NCBI GenBank assembly: GCA_048941265.1
Contig: JBHLNT010000132.1
Span: 1 to 11,430, forward strand
DNA length: 11,430 nucleotides
Reading direction: 5' to 3'
DNA from: Promethearchaeota archaeon
GTDB lineage: Archaea > Asgardarchaeota > Lokiarchaeia > Sigyniarchaeales > SOKP01
This document shows positions 1 to 7,537 of the stretch, piece after piece. The position numbers were made by a program, and so were the translations under genes. Each line of letters begins with the position of its first letter. Position 1 is the stretch's first letter. The notes under the pieces were generated by a model. That model made no database searches and was not told the origin of the DNA. It was given only the letters and a program-made list of their open reading frames with translations.

Positions 1-815
1 GTTTCTTTATCCAATGTCTCAACAATAAAAAAATCCTCCCATATATGCATTCCATTTTTTTCTTCACATTCTACTGATACTCCCGGACCATAAATCTCAC
101 TTAAGCCATAGATATCATACGCATCAATTTTTAAGGTGCCTTCAATTGTTTTTCGTAGATTATCGGACCAAGGCTCAGCGCCGCAGATTGCTTTTTTTAA
201 TGCTAATTTTTCGACATCTATTCCAGCCTTTTTCGCATATTCAGCGATATAAAGCGCATAACTTGGAGTGCAGGTTAGCACAGTAGATCCAAAATCCTGC
301 ATTATCATTAATTGTCTTTCAGTATTGCCTCCTGAAATAGGTATTACAGAGCATCCTACTTTTTCGGCACCATAGTGAAATCCTAGACCTCCCGTAAATA
401 AGCCATAACCATAAGCATTTTGAACAATATCCTTATGAGTTATTCCCGGTGCAACTACGGTCCTTGCCATAAGTTCAGTCCAATCGTCTATATCCTTTTG
501 TGTGTAAGATACGACAGTTGGTTTCCCAGTTGTACCAGAAGAGGCATGAATTCTTATAATCTCATCCATAGGAACTGCATTTAATCCGAAGGGATAATGA
601 TCTCGAAGATCGGTTTTCCAAGTTAACGGTAATTTAGTAATATCAGAAACACTCTTTATATCATTAGGTTTAATACCATTTTCATCGAATCTTCTCTTAT
701 AAAACTCTACATTGTTATAAACATAGTTTGCTAATTTTTTTAATTTCTCCCCTTGAAGCTTTTCTAGCTTATCACGGGGCATGGTTTCCGCTTTTTCATT
801 CCAATAAAGGGTCAT
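1..815 (-). CDS. paaK: Phenylacetate-CoA ligase (ANL adenylate-forming family), 3'-truncated by window edge; not in ORF track
   Basis: Manual translation from ATG 815: [27 protein letters not shown]... with canonical PaaK motifs [12 protein letters not shown] (P-loop), [41 protein letters not shown] and GMHIWEDFF. The frame stays open to the window edge. Confidence 0.93.
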   Translation of the reverse strand, partial: MTLYWNEKAETMPRDKLEKLQGEKLKKLANYVYNNVEFYKRRFDENGIKPNDIKSVSDITKLPLTWKTDLRDHYPFGLNAVPMDEIIRIHASSGTTGKPTVVSYTQKDIDDWTELMARTVVAPGITHKDIVQNAYGYGLFTGGLGFHYGAEKVGCSVIPISGGNTERQLMIMQDFGSTVLTCTPSYALYIAEYAKKAGIDVEKLALKKAICGAEPWSDNLRKTIEGTLKIDAYDIYGLSEIYGPGVSVECEEKNGMHIWEDFFIVETLDKE

Positions 816-960
816 AATATATACATCTCAACTTATAATTACCTAAGTTTACTGATATGGTAAATGATAAAAAAAACTAACATGCTTCTCTATTAAAATT
901 TTATCATTTTTTATCATACTGGAAGATTTTAGAAATTATTTTCAAGATATTAGACTTTCT

Positions 961-980
961 AATATTTATATAAGTTTTTT
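961..980 (-). promoter_or_regulatory. Probable BRE-TATA promoter for paaK copy 1
   Basis: Minus strand reads AAAAAACTTATATAAATATT, an A-rich BRE followed by TTATATAA, about 150 nt upstream of ATG 815. The AT-rich background limits specificity. Confidence 0.4.
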
Positions 981-1186
981 CCAAGAATTCATGACGGGAA
1001 TCTTTCATATCTAATTTTAATTGCCAAAAAATGAGAATAATATGGGAATGCTTTTAATATTATAGCGACTAAATTCACTCAATGTTTTAGTTATATTCTA
1101 AAGGAGAAGTCTCTCCCTATAATTTGATTATATAATTAGAACTTTAAAAAAACCAATTAACACAAAAAATTAAGTAACACATAAAA

Positions 1187-1315
1187 ATGTTGATGCAAGG
1201 AGCTAGTGACTATGTATGGCTCTTTTGGGTAATAATTTTTGCATATCTTACCTTTTTAGCGGTCGCTGGATATCATGCTAAAAAAAGACAAAAACTCTGG
1301 AAGACTAAAATTTGA
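1187..1315 (+). CDS. 42-aa single-TM small ORF, probably the 5' remnant of a sodium:solute symporter (SSS) gene; not in ORF track
   Basis: ATG 1187 to TGA 1313-1315: MLMQGASDYVWLFWVIIFAYLTFLAVAGYHAKKRQKLWKTKI. It has one hydrophobic helix and a basic tail. TTATATAA lies at 1128-1135 upstream. Adding one A to the A7 run (1280-1286) would give ...GYHAKKKTKTLED, resembling SSS N-termini. Confidence 0.6.
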   Translation: MLMQGASDYVWLFWVIIFAYLTFLAVAGYHAKKRQKLWKTKI

Positions 1316-1350
1316 AAAATTGAAAAAAAAGATTTTATTGCATGAAAAAA
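1306..1350 (-). terminator. Oligo-T archaeal terminator of paaK copy 2
   Basis: On the minus strand a T6 run follows the stop codon directly, then TTTTTTTTCAATTTTTCAAATTTT. Confidence 0.5.
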
Positions 1351-2685
1351 TTAATATTGCATCATCTTCAACCATCCTTTATAACCATCAGGACGATCTC
1401 TAATATCTTGATATCTAACTGCTTTACCTTCTTGTCTCGGGAGAGTTCCAGGATCAAAAACCATTACATTTATTCCAAGCATTGTAACTTCTCGCAGATT
1501 TTTCTCTAATTCTTTCTTTGCTTTATGTTTATCCATCCCAGGTTTTATCTCAACATTAACTGTAACGTTGTCCATTACTCCAACTGTATGATACATTATT
1601 AGATAAATATCTGTAAAATAATTCGATAAATTAAAAACTTCTTCCTCTATAATTGAAGGATAGACATTAACTCCTTTTATGATTTTCATATCATCCTTTC
1701 GACCTTTAATTCTATCCATAATGAATCCTGTTCTGCCACAGGGACATTCACTTTTATGTAAAGCGGTGATATCACCAGTTCGATATCTAAATATGGGTAT
1801 AGCTTCCTTATATAGGCTGGTTATAACTAATTCTCCATCTTCACCATATGGTAAGGTGTCCCCTGTTTCTAGGTCGACAACTTCAGGATAGAAATAATCA
1901 GACCAAATATGAAGCCCATTTTGCTCTTGACATTCGACTGATGGTCCTGGGCCATATGCTTCTGTCATACCCCAATTATCATAAGCTTTCACACCTAAAC
2001 GATCTTCAATTGTTTTTCTTGTAGATTCTGCCCATCCTTCTGCACCAAGTATTGCATATTTTAGAAATAAATCTTCTTTTTTAATCCCTTCTTCTTCCAT
2101 AACTTGTGCTAACCTTAGACCAAATGAAGGAATTGCATGAAATGCGGTGACTTTAAATGTTTTGAAGAATTCAAGCTGCCGAGAGGTCATACCAGCTCCA
2201 AATGGAATTAGCATTGCCCCCAAAACAGTTGCTCCTTGGGCATATCCAAATCCACCCGTAAATAAGCCGGCAGAAGTAGTATTTTGAAATACATCTTTTT
2301 TTGTCATACCAATTGCACCTAAATTGCGAGCACAAAGATAACTCCAATCATCAAGATCCTTCCTATTATAGAAACCGCAAGTTGGTTGATGTCCTGAGGT
2401 ACCACTGGTTGCGTGCATACGAACTATATCCTCATTTGGAACACAGAGTAGTTTATCTGGAAAGTTATCAAGAAAATCTTGCTTGGTCATAAATGGTACT
2501 TTTTTAAAATCTTCAACACTCTTGATCTCATCTGGAGAGATTCCAGCGTCTTGATATCTTTTTTTCAAAAAAGGTTGATTATCATATAGTCTTTTTAGAG
2601 TCCAGCGTCCCCTCTTAATCCAGTTTTGTTCTAAATTTTTCCAAGGTTGGGTTTCTCTTTTCTTATCAAAATAATTATATTCCGT
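1351..2685 (-). CDS. paaK: Second, divergent phenylacetate-CoA ligase family protein (~444 aa). The real start lies upstream of the track's TTG 2568, probably ACG 2685.
   Basis: Motifs HATSGTSGHQPT, GLFTGG, GAEGW, DNWGMTEAYGPG, FRYRTGD, GRKDDM-IIKGVNVYP and C-terminal GKAVR. The frame is open upstream to TGA 2692-2694 and encodes EYNYFDKKRETQPWKNLEQNWIKRGRWTLKRLYDNQPF, which parallels the N-terminus of copy 1 ([18 protein letters not shown]...YNNVEF). Confidence 0.88.
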   Translation of the reverse strand, partial: TEYNYFDKKRETQPWKNLEQNWIKRGRWTLKRLYDNQPFLKKRYQDAGISPDEIKSVEDFKKVPFMTKQDFLDNFPDKLLCVPNEDIVRMHATSGTSGHQPTCGFYNRKDLDDWSYLCARNLGAIGMTKKDVFQNTTSAGLFTGGFGYAQGATVLGAMLIPFGAGMTSRQLEFFKTFKVTAFHAIPSFGLRLAQVMEEEGIKKEDLFLKYAILGAEGWAESTRKTIEDRLGVKAYDNWGMTEAYGPGPSVECQEQNGLHIWSDYFYPEVVDLETGDTLPYGEDGELVITSLYKEAIPIFRYRTGDITALHKSECPCGRTGFIMDRIKGRKDDMKIIKGVNVYPSIIEEEVFNLSNYFTDIYLIMYHTVGVMDNVTVNVEIKPGMDKHKAKKELEKNLREVTMLGINVMVFDPGTLPRQEGKAVRYQDIRDRPDGYKGWLKMMQY

Positions 2686-2691
2686 TTTTAC

Positions 2692-2698
2692 TCAACTC
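2692..2698 (-). promoter_or_regulatory. Shine-Dalgarno-like GAGTTGA, 6 nt before ACG 2685
   Basis: One mismatch to archaeal GAGGTGA. The same heptamer occurs before the deacylase gene (10702-10708). Confidence 0.55.
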
Positions 2699-2715
2699 GT
2701 CAATTTCTATTAGTT

Positions 2716-2731
2716 ATATTTTATAAAATAT
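2716..2731. promoter_or_regulatory. Perfect 16-bp palindrome ATATTTTATAAAATAT in the divergent promoter region (bidirectional TATA or operator)
   Basis: Self-complementary and contains TTTATAAA on both strands. It lies between the divergent paaK2 and methyltransferase genes. Confidence 0.4.
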
Positions 2732-2850
2732 GGAAGTTTTAATAAAGGCTTTAATAAAAATTATATCAACATTTAAAATTTTACTATGACTAACTCTCAA
2801 TATGGTTCTAACTCTTAGTTTTTTAGTCTAATGGATTCATATTTTCAATC

Positions 2851-3645
2851 ATGAATAAAAAGGAATTTTATGAGGATCACAAGAATTTCTCATTGCGAAC
2901 TATTACAGAATATCTGATATCTCCAGGTATTAGGTGTAAATTTGATATTCTAAAGGTTCATCTTGGCTCTAGAAGATTTTTCAATGGGATTGATTTAGGT
3001 TGCTCTGGGAATTCATTTATTTATTTTTTAGAAAATATTAGACACAAATCCTTTTATGATATTGCGTTAACTCCATTAAATCAATACTCAAGTATATGGT
3101 TAAAAAGATTAAATGAAAATCAGGCATATCAATATTGGAATCCGCTATGTGGTGATATAACCTGCTTGCCTTATAGGGATAAAACATTTGATTTTGTAAG
3201 TGCTTTAGATATCTTAGAGCACATAAAAGATGATCCTAAAGCTGTCTCGGAAATAAGCAGAGTTCTCAAAAGGAAAGGTATTGTAGTTATAACAGTTCCC
3301 CATCGAATGAAATATTATACTAAACAGGATCAATTAATTGGACATTATAGGAGATATGAGATTGACCAATTAATTTCTCTTTTTCAGAAATTCAACCTTA
3401 AAAATCTTAAAATATTTGGAGTATATGGAAGATTAATGAAAATATCAGATATTCAATCTATTAATCCAAAAAAAACCGAAGTTAAACTTCAAAATTTAAG
3501 GAAGGTTTATATATCAAATACCCTATTTCGCATGATTTGGAATATCTTTGTTAAAGTTGGATCCTTATTAATGAAATACGATGCTAGAACTAAGGATCTA
3601 AACAGCAAAATGAATCTTGCTTTTGTATTTATAAAGCAAATATGA
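2851..3645 (+). CDS. Class I SAM-dependent methyltransferase (Methyltransf_11-like)
   Basis: Motif I variant IDLGCSGNS, then GDITCLPYRDKTFDFVSALDILEHI, EISRVLKRKGIVVITVP and GHYRRY. Confidence 0.88.
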   Translation: MNKKEFYEDHKNFSLRTITEYLISPGIRCKFDILKVHLGSRRFFNGIDLGCSGNSFIYFLENIRHKSFYDIALTPLNQYSSIWLKRLNENQAYQYWNPLCGDITCLPYRDKTFDFVSALDILEHIKDDPKAVSEISRVLKRKGIVVITVPHRMKYYTKQDQLIGHYRRYEIDQLISLFQKFNLKNLKIFGVYGRLMKISDIQSINPKKTEVKLQNLRKVYISNTLFRMIWNIFVKVGSLLMKYDARTKDLNSKMNLAFVFIKQI

Positions 3646-3680
3646 GTATATAAAAGAGAACTTAATATAAATAAAAGATT

Positions 3681-4091
3681 TTAATCAAAACTTTCTTTCT
3701 TAATTTTTTCAAACATACTTACATATTCTTCAATAAATTTTTCATCATTTGTTTTCTCGATTTTTTCTACAAGTTCTATTGATTTGGATAAAGTTTCCGC
3801 ACGTCGTTTGATTTGATTCAAAAAGAATTGTTTATTAAAAGTTCCTTTGGTAACATTCAATTGAGATTTCATCTCGTTTATACTATCTTCCATTTTATTT
3901 TCTACTTCGATCACCTTGTCAAAGACACCTAGCATTAACTCTTTCTTCCGTTGCTCTAATTTTATACAATTATCACAAACTATTTCTTGATCGGGTTTAT
4001 GTTCGCCGATTTTGACCATAAAAGGATTTCCGCATCTCTCACACGGCTTTAGTTCAAGGACAAAGTTCGAATTTTCATCGTGACTGGGCAT
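3681..4091 (-). CDS. Hypothetical Zn-ribbon + coiled-coil protein (136 aa from ATG 4091; track start TTG 4103)
   Basis: CERCGNPF...CDNC (two CxxC pairs) followed by a charged heptad-rich helical region. Confidence 0.8.
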   Translation of the reverse strand: MPSHDENSNFVLELKPCERCGNPFMVKIGEHKPDQEIVCDNCIKLEQRKKELMLGVFDKVIEVENKMEDSINEMKSQLNVTKGTFNKQFFLNQIKRRAETLSKSIELVEKIEKTNDEKFIEEYVSMFEKIKKESFD

Positions 4092-4214
4092 GAATAACAA
4101 CAATTAAGTCTTAAATATATGTTTTACCTAATTTAATAATCGTTTTTTAATAATATAATATTTTCTGAAACTAATTTATAAAAGTTATAATTTGATACAA
4201 TATTTTGAAATCTG

Positions 4215-5018
4215 ATGGAGCTAATTTGGTATATCATTATACTTTTAATTGTTTTAGGTTTCTTGGCTGGAGCAATAAGTAGTATTGCTGGAATAGGAGG
4301 AGGTGTTTTCTTTGTTCCTATTATGGTTTTAATATTTCTAATGCCGATAAATGTGGCAATTGACACGTCTACATTCATAATATTAATATCTTCAGGAGCG
4401 GCATTTTTCACTTATTTAAAGGATAATAGAATTGCCATCAAACCCACAATAATTTTTTCAGCATTTTCAATTTTAGGATCAGTTACTTGCATGATAATAT
4501 TTCTTTTTATACAAATAGAAAATACTATCTTAAGAATCTTATTTGCTATTATATTACTATTTGCTGGATTAAATATGATAATAAAAGCATTAAATACTAG
4601 AAAAAGCATGAAAATCCAAAAAATTGAGAATAAAGATGATTTTTCGTTAAATGACCACGACTATAAATCAAATCTGCATAAATCTATACCATTATTCTTC
4701 TTAGCAGGTTTTATTGCTAATTTATTAGGAATTGGGGGAGGTGTGATTAATACACCAGCTTTAAACATTGTTTTAGGTTATCCTATCCATAACTCTACAG
4801 CTATGTCAACAGGAATCATTTTTTTCACTGCAATTATTAATACAATCCTTAAAAGCATCTATGGGCAAATTGATTATATAGTTGGCTTATTTATTGCTAT
4901 TGGTGCGGTATTTGGTGCGATTTTTGGAGCAAAAATTTCAAAATATTTGCCAAAAGTCTACCTTCAATTTTTAGTGGCTATTATTTTAATGTTTTTAGCT
5001 ATTAGAATGTTTATTTAG
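4215..5018 (+). CDS. Sulfite exporter TauE/SafE (TSUP) family membrane protein
   Basis: Two internal repeats, SSIAGIGGGVFFVP and ANLLGIGGGVINTP, with about 8 hydrophobic helices in 267 aa. Confidence 0.92.
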   Translation: MELIWYIIILLIVLGFLAGAISSIAGIGGGVFFVPIMVLIFLMPINVAIDTSTFIILISSGAAFFTYLKDNRIAIKPTIIFSAFSILGSVTCMIIFLFIQIENTILRILFAIILLFAGLNMIIKALNTRKSMKIQKIENKDDFSLNDHDYKSNLHKSIPLFFLAGFIANLLGIGGGVINTPALNIVLGYPIHNSTAMSTGIIFFTAIINTILKSIYGQIDYIVGLFIAIGAVFGAIFGAKISKYLPKVYLQFLVAIILMFLAIRMFI

Positions 5019-5124
5019 AATTGTTAACGAATCAAAAATATTTTTATTCTGTATTTCTCTTCCCTACTAAATAAATATTGAGATAATTTATACAAAGACT
5101 TTCTTTTTATGCGGTATTTTCAGA

Positions 5125-5448
5125 TTAAACACAAAAAACATCCCTGAAGTTAAAAATAGCCCACAGGAACCCAGAATCTCTGAGCCTCCAAAAGTATTTC
5201 AATAATTCTTTGTATATCTAGGACCTGCTTTTATTTTTATTCTTTCAAGATCTATGTGGCTCTTTTCAATGGCAAGCATGCTCACAGGTCCTATATTAAG
5301 TCTATTTTATATTATTCCTATTGATATTACTTATAGTGAAATGAAGAAGCATACAGCTCAACTCGCACCAAAGCGATATTGGGCAATATTTCTAGCTGTA
5401 TTAAGTGGAATCTTCATGATATTCTTATCACTTCTTGGTTTAGGTTAA
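5125..5448 (+). pseudogene. Collapsed remnant of an Nramp-like (divalent metal/APC superfamily) transporter; start approximate
   Basis: The frame of ORF 5254..5448 extends upstream as ...PRISEPPKVFQ*FFVYLGPAFIF-ILSRSMWLFSMASMLTGP..., with an in-frame TAA at 5203-5205. EPPK...LGPAFI resembles the start of Nramp-like proteins and is joined to two terminal TM helices. Family call is from memory. Confidence 0.55.
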
Positions 5449-5620
5449 ATATTAGAAATATATTGTATCCTAATAACATATCAAGATTATTTCAAGTAAA
5501 TTTAAATAAAATTTATTTTATATTAGATCCGGCAATATATGCTGAGTTTTATTTAATTGGATTTTTGCTAAAATCTTAACTATAATTGGTATTCAAAAGA
5601 AACCTTCTAAGGATAGATAT

Positions 5621-6814
5621 TTGACTGACAATATTAACGAAATCAACATAAAGTTGGTTATTCTCGGAAAAGGAGGAGTTGGAAAGACAACCTTGGCAAA
5701 TAAGTTTTTAGAGAATCCGATTTCGGAAAGCTATATACCAACTATAGGATATAATATTCTTAGAAAGGAATATGAATTTAAAGTAAAAAATAAAGTTATT
5801 ATAGTAAATATTTGGGATATAGGGGGTCAAAAATCCTTTAATCCTCTAAATCCTGCCACTTTTACTGACGCGGATGCTGCATTCTTAATTTTTGACTTAA
5901 CAAAACCAAATGAAACGTTACAAAATTTTAAACATGAATATATTGATAATTTAGAAAAATATTCTAAAAATTGTGTTACAACTATAGTAGGGAATAAATT
6001 AGACTTATTAAAGGATAGAAATATGATAAAAGATATTATAAAAAACAATTTTACTAATGAAGATAAAGTTCTACTCGTTTCAGCCAAAACTGGAGAGAAT
6101 CTCAATGAATCTTTCGAATTATTAGTATATAATTTTTTAAAAATTGCCCAGTTTAAAATTCGTCATGGGAGTATAAAGGGAATAGGGGAAGAATATCTTA
6201 AATTAATCGGAAAAAAGGAAAAGGAATTAACCAGATTATATATCGATTTATCAAACATTGATACATTTTTGAAAAATAAAAAAAAGAAAGTTAAACAAAT
6301 TAAGAAGGAAAAGGTTAGTTTTGACAATAACGAGCGAAATATCGAAAACTACAAGTTCCTTCAAGAGGAGTTAGAAAAAATAGAGATACAGCGGAACAAA
6401 ATTAAAAAAAATTTTTTGACAGATTTAATAGAAATAGAAGAATTAATGATTTTTTTGAAAAAATCTTCAATTGGTTCCGTTAAAAGTTCAATTAACACAC
6501 TTAAAGAACAATTGACTGACATGAGCAAGGAATTTCAGTCAAATTTAAATTCGATAAGAACCTTAGTTAAAGAAAAATCTTTTGTACTCAAAGCAAAAGC
6601 AGAAATCCCTTTGACTTCTGAGGAGGAAATTGAATTAATACCCGAGCAAGAAATCTCTAAAGAAGTTTCAGTGAAATCAAAATCCACGAAAGATATACCT
6701 CAAAATGATTTATATCTATTATACGAGAATGAAAATCCAAAAAAAAAAGCTTTATGGCGTGGTAAAGAAACTAAAGGTTTTTTAGAATGGAAGAACAATT
6801 TAGAAAAAGTCTAA
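5621..6814 (+). CDS. Rab-like small GTPase domain + long coiled-coil/charged C-terminal extension
   Basis: G1 GKGGVGKT, G2 YIPTIG, G3 WDIGGQ, G4 NKLD and G5 SAK within about aa 10-175, followed by about 220 aa of extension. No C-terminal Cys. TTG start. Confidence 0.92.
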   Translation: MTDNINEINIKLVILGKGGVGKTTLANKFLENPISESYIPTIGYNILRKEYEFKVKNKVIIVNIWDIGGQKSFNPLNPATFTDADAAFLIFDLTKPNETLQNFKHEYIDNLEKYSKNCVTTIVGNKLDLLKDRNMIKDIIKNNFTNEDKVLLVSAKTGENLNESFELLVYNFLKIAQFKIRHGSIKGIGEEYLKLIGKKEKELTRLYIDLSNIDTFLKNKKKKVKQIKKEKVSFDNNERNIENYKFLQEELEKIEIQRNKIKKNFLTDLIEIEELMIFLKKSSIGSVKSSINTLKEQLTDMSKEFQSNLNSIRTLVKEKSFVLKAKAEIPLTSEEEIELIPEQEISKEVSVKSKSTKDIPQNDLYLLYENENPKKKALWRGKETKGFLEWKNNLEKV

Positions 6815-6828
6815 GGAAAAAATTAAAA

Positions 6829-6834
6829 GGGTGA
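6829..6834 (+). promoter_or_regulatory. Shine-Dalgarno GGGTGA, 6 nt before ATA 6841
   Basis: Matches the archaeal GGTGA core and lies in the 26-nt gap after the GTPase stop. Confidence 0.6.
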
Positions 6835-6840
6835 ATAAAA

Positions 6841-7521
6841 ATATCTAAAAAAGAGGAGATAATATCCGAAAAGGAATTTCAAAAAATAAAGGAACAGGTT
6901 AAAGATATCGACCAAAATTTAAAAGAAGTTATAAAAAAATCTGAAGCCGGAATAAAAGATTTAGATAAAAGATTTGACCGGAAAATTGAAGATTTAATTA
7001 TGATAATCGATCAAAAATTAGAGGATCAAATCAAATTACTAGAAAAAAATTTCCAAGAACAAGTTATGAGCCTAACGGGACAAATTAATGAATTTGGGAA
7101 TAAATTAGGGAATATAACTGCTGAATTATCGAATAATCTGGAAATTATACAAGACCAGATAAAGAACCAAAAAAATGAAAATATTACCTTTAATAATGAA
7201 ATCAATGAACTTATAACAAAAACTACTTCTAAACTTGATTCAGAATTTAAGGACATTAAAGGCCAACAAGATGTTTTAAAAGTATCATTTGATGTTCTGG
7301 AAAAAAAAATATTTGACGAGGCAAAATCAATGATATATAGTGAAGTAAGAATGGTTTGCAAAGACAAGGAAGATGAAATACTGATGAATATGTGGATTGA
7401 TGAATTAAAAGAAATTATTAATGATTTTGATAAATTAAAAGAAATGAATCCGAAGGATTTAAAAATACAAGTAGATGAGATTTCGCAAATTATCGCTTCA
7501 TTTAAGAAAAAATTTGCTTAA
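6841..7521 (+). CDS. Hypothetical all-helical coiled-coil protein (~226 aa). Probable start is ATA 6841 rather than the track's ATG 7000.
   Basis: The frame is open from 6835. The 53 extra codons (M)SKKEEIISEKEFQKIKEQVKDIDQNLKEVIKKSEAGIKDLDKRFDRKIEDLI have the same heptad/charged character as the rest. No in-frame ATG/GTG/TTG occurs before 7000. Confidence 0.8.
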   Translation: MSKKEEIISEKEFQKIKEQVKDIDQNLKEVIKKSEAGIKDLDKRFDRKIEDLIMIIDQKLEDQIKLLEKNFQEQVMSLTGQINEFGNKLGNITAELSNNLEIIQDQIKNQKNENITFNNEINELITKTTSKLDSEFKDIKGQQDVLKVSFDVLEKKIFDEAKSMIYSEVRMVCKDKEDEILMNMWIDELKEIINDFDKLKEMNPKDLKIQVDEISQIIASFKKKFA

Positions 7522-7529
7522 AATAGTGC

Positions 7530-7537
7530 TTTTTTTT
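7530..7537 (+). terminator. T8 terminator closing the GTPase/coiled-coil unit
   Basis: T8 run 9 nt after the stop at 7521. Confidence 0.5.

Noticed and set aside
987-1038. SECIS-like ATGACGG...TGAGAAT
   Set aside because: The upper stem pairs poorly by eye, and there is no plus-strand selenoprotein gene upstream in the window.
1103-1116. GGAGA-AGTC-TCTCC mini-palindrome
   Set aside because: A 5-bp stem with a single occurrence cannot be distinguished from chance.
1679-2492. ORFs 1679..1891 (+) and 2301..2492 (+)
   Set aside because: Antisense shadows inside paaK2 with no motifs.
4133-4609. ORFs 4133..4411 (-) and 4412..4609 (-)
   Set aside because: Antisense shadows of the TauE gene.
5379-5579. 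66-aa ORF (+)
   Set aside because: Overlaps the Nramp-like remnant out of frame and runs through AT-rich intergenic/promoter DNA. No SD or motif.
5621-6814. Roco (Roc-COR) or dynamin-like assignment
   Set aside because: No LRR or COR region. WDIGGQ/NKLD/SAK spacing fits a Ras-superfamily small GTPase.
6787-6840. TGA readthrough (Sec or recoding) linking ATG 6787 to the coiled-coil gene, and likewise TTG 2703 through TGA 2694 in paaK2
   Set aside because: Each TGA is part of the SD motif and is in frame simply because of the 6-nt spacer. There is no Cys-equivalent context, and TGA ends genes at 3645 and 10604.
6841-7521. ESCRT-III/Snf7, SNARE or apolipoprotein identity for the coiled-coil protein
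   Set aside because: Only generic heptad character is visible, with no diagnostic motif or TM anchor. A profile search is needed.
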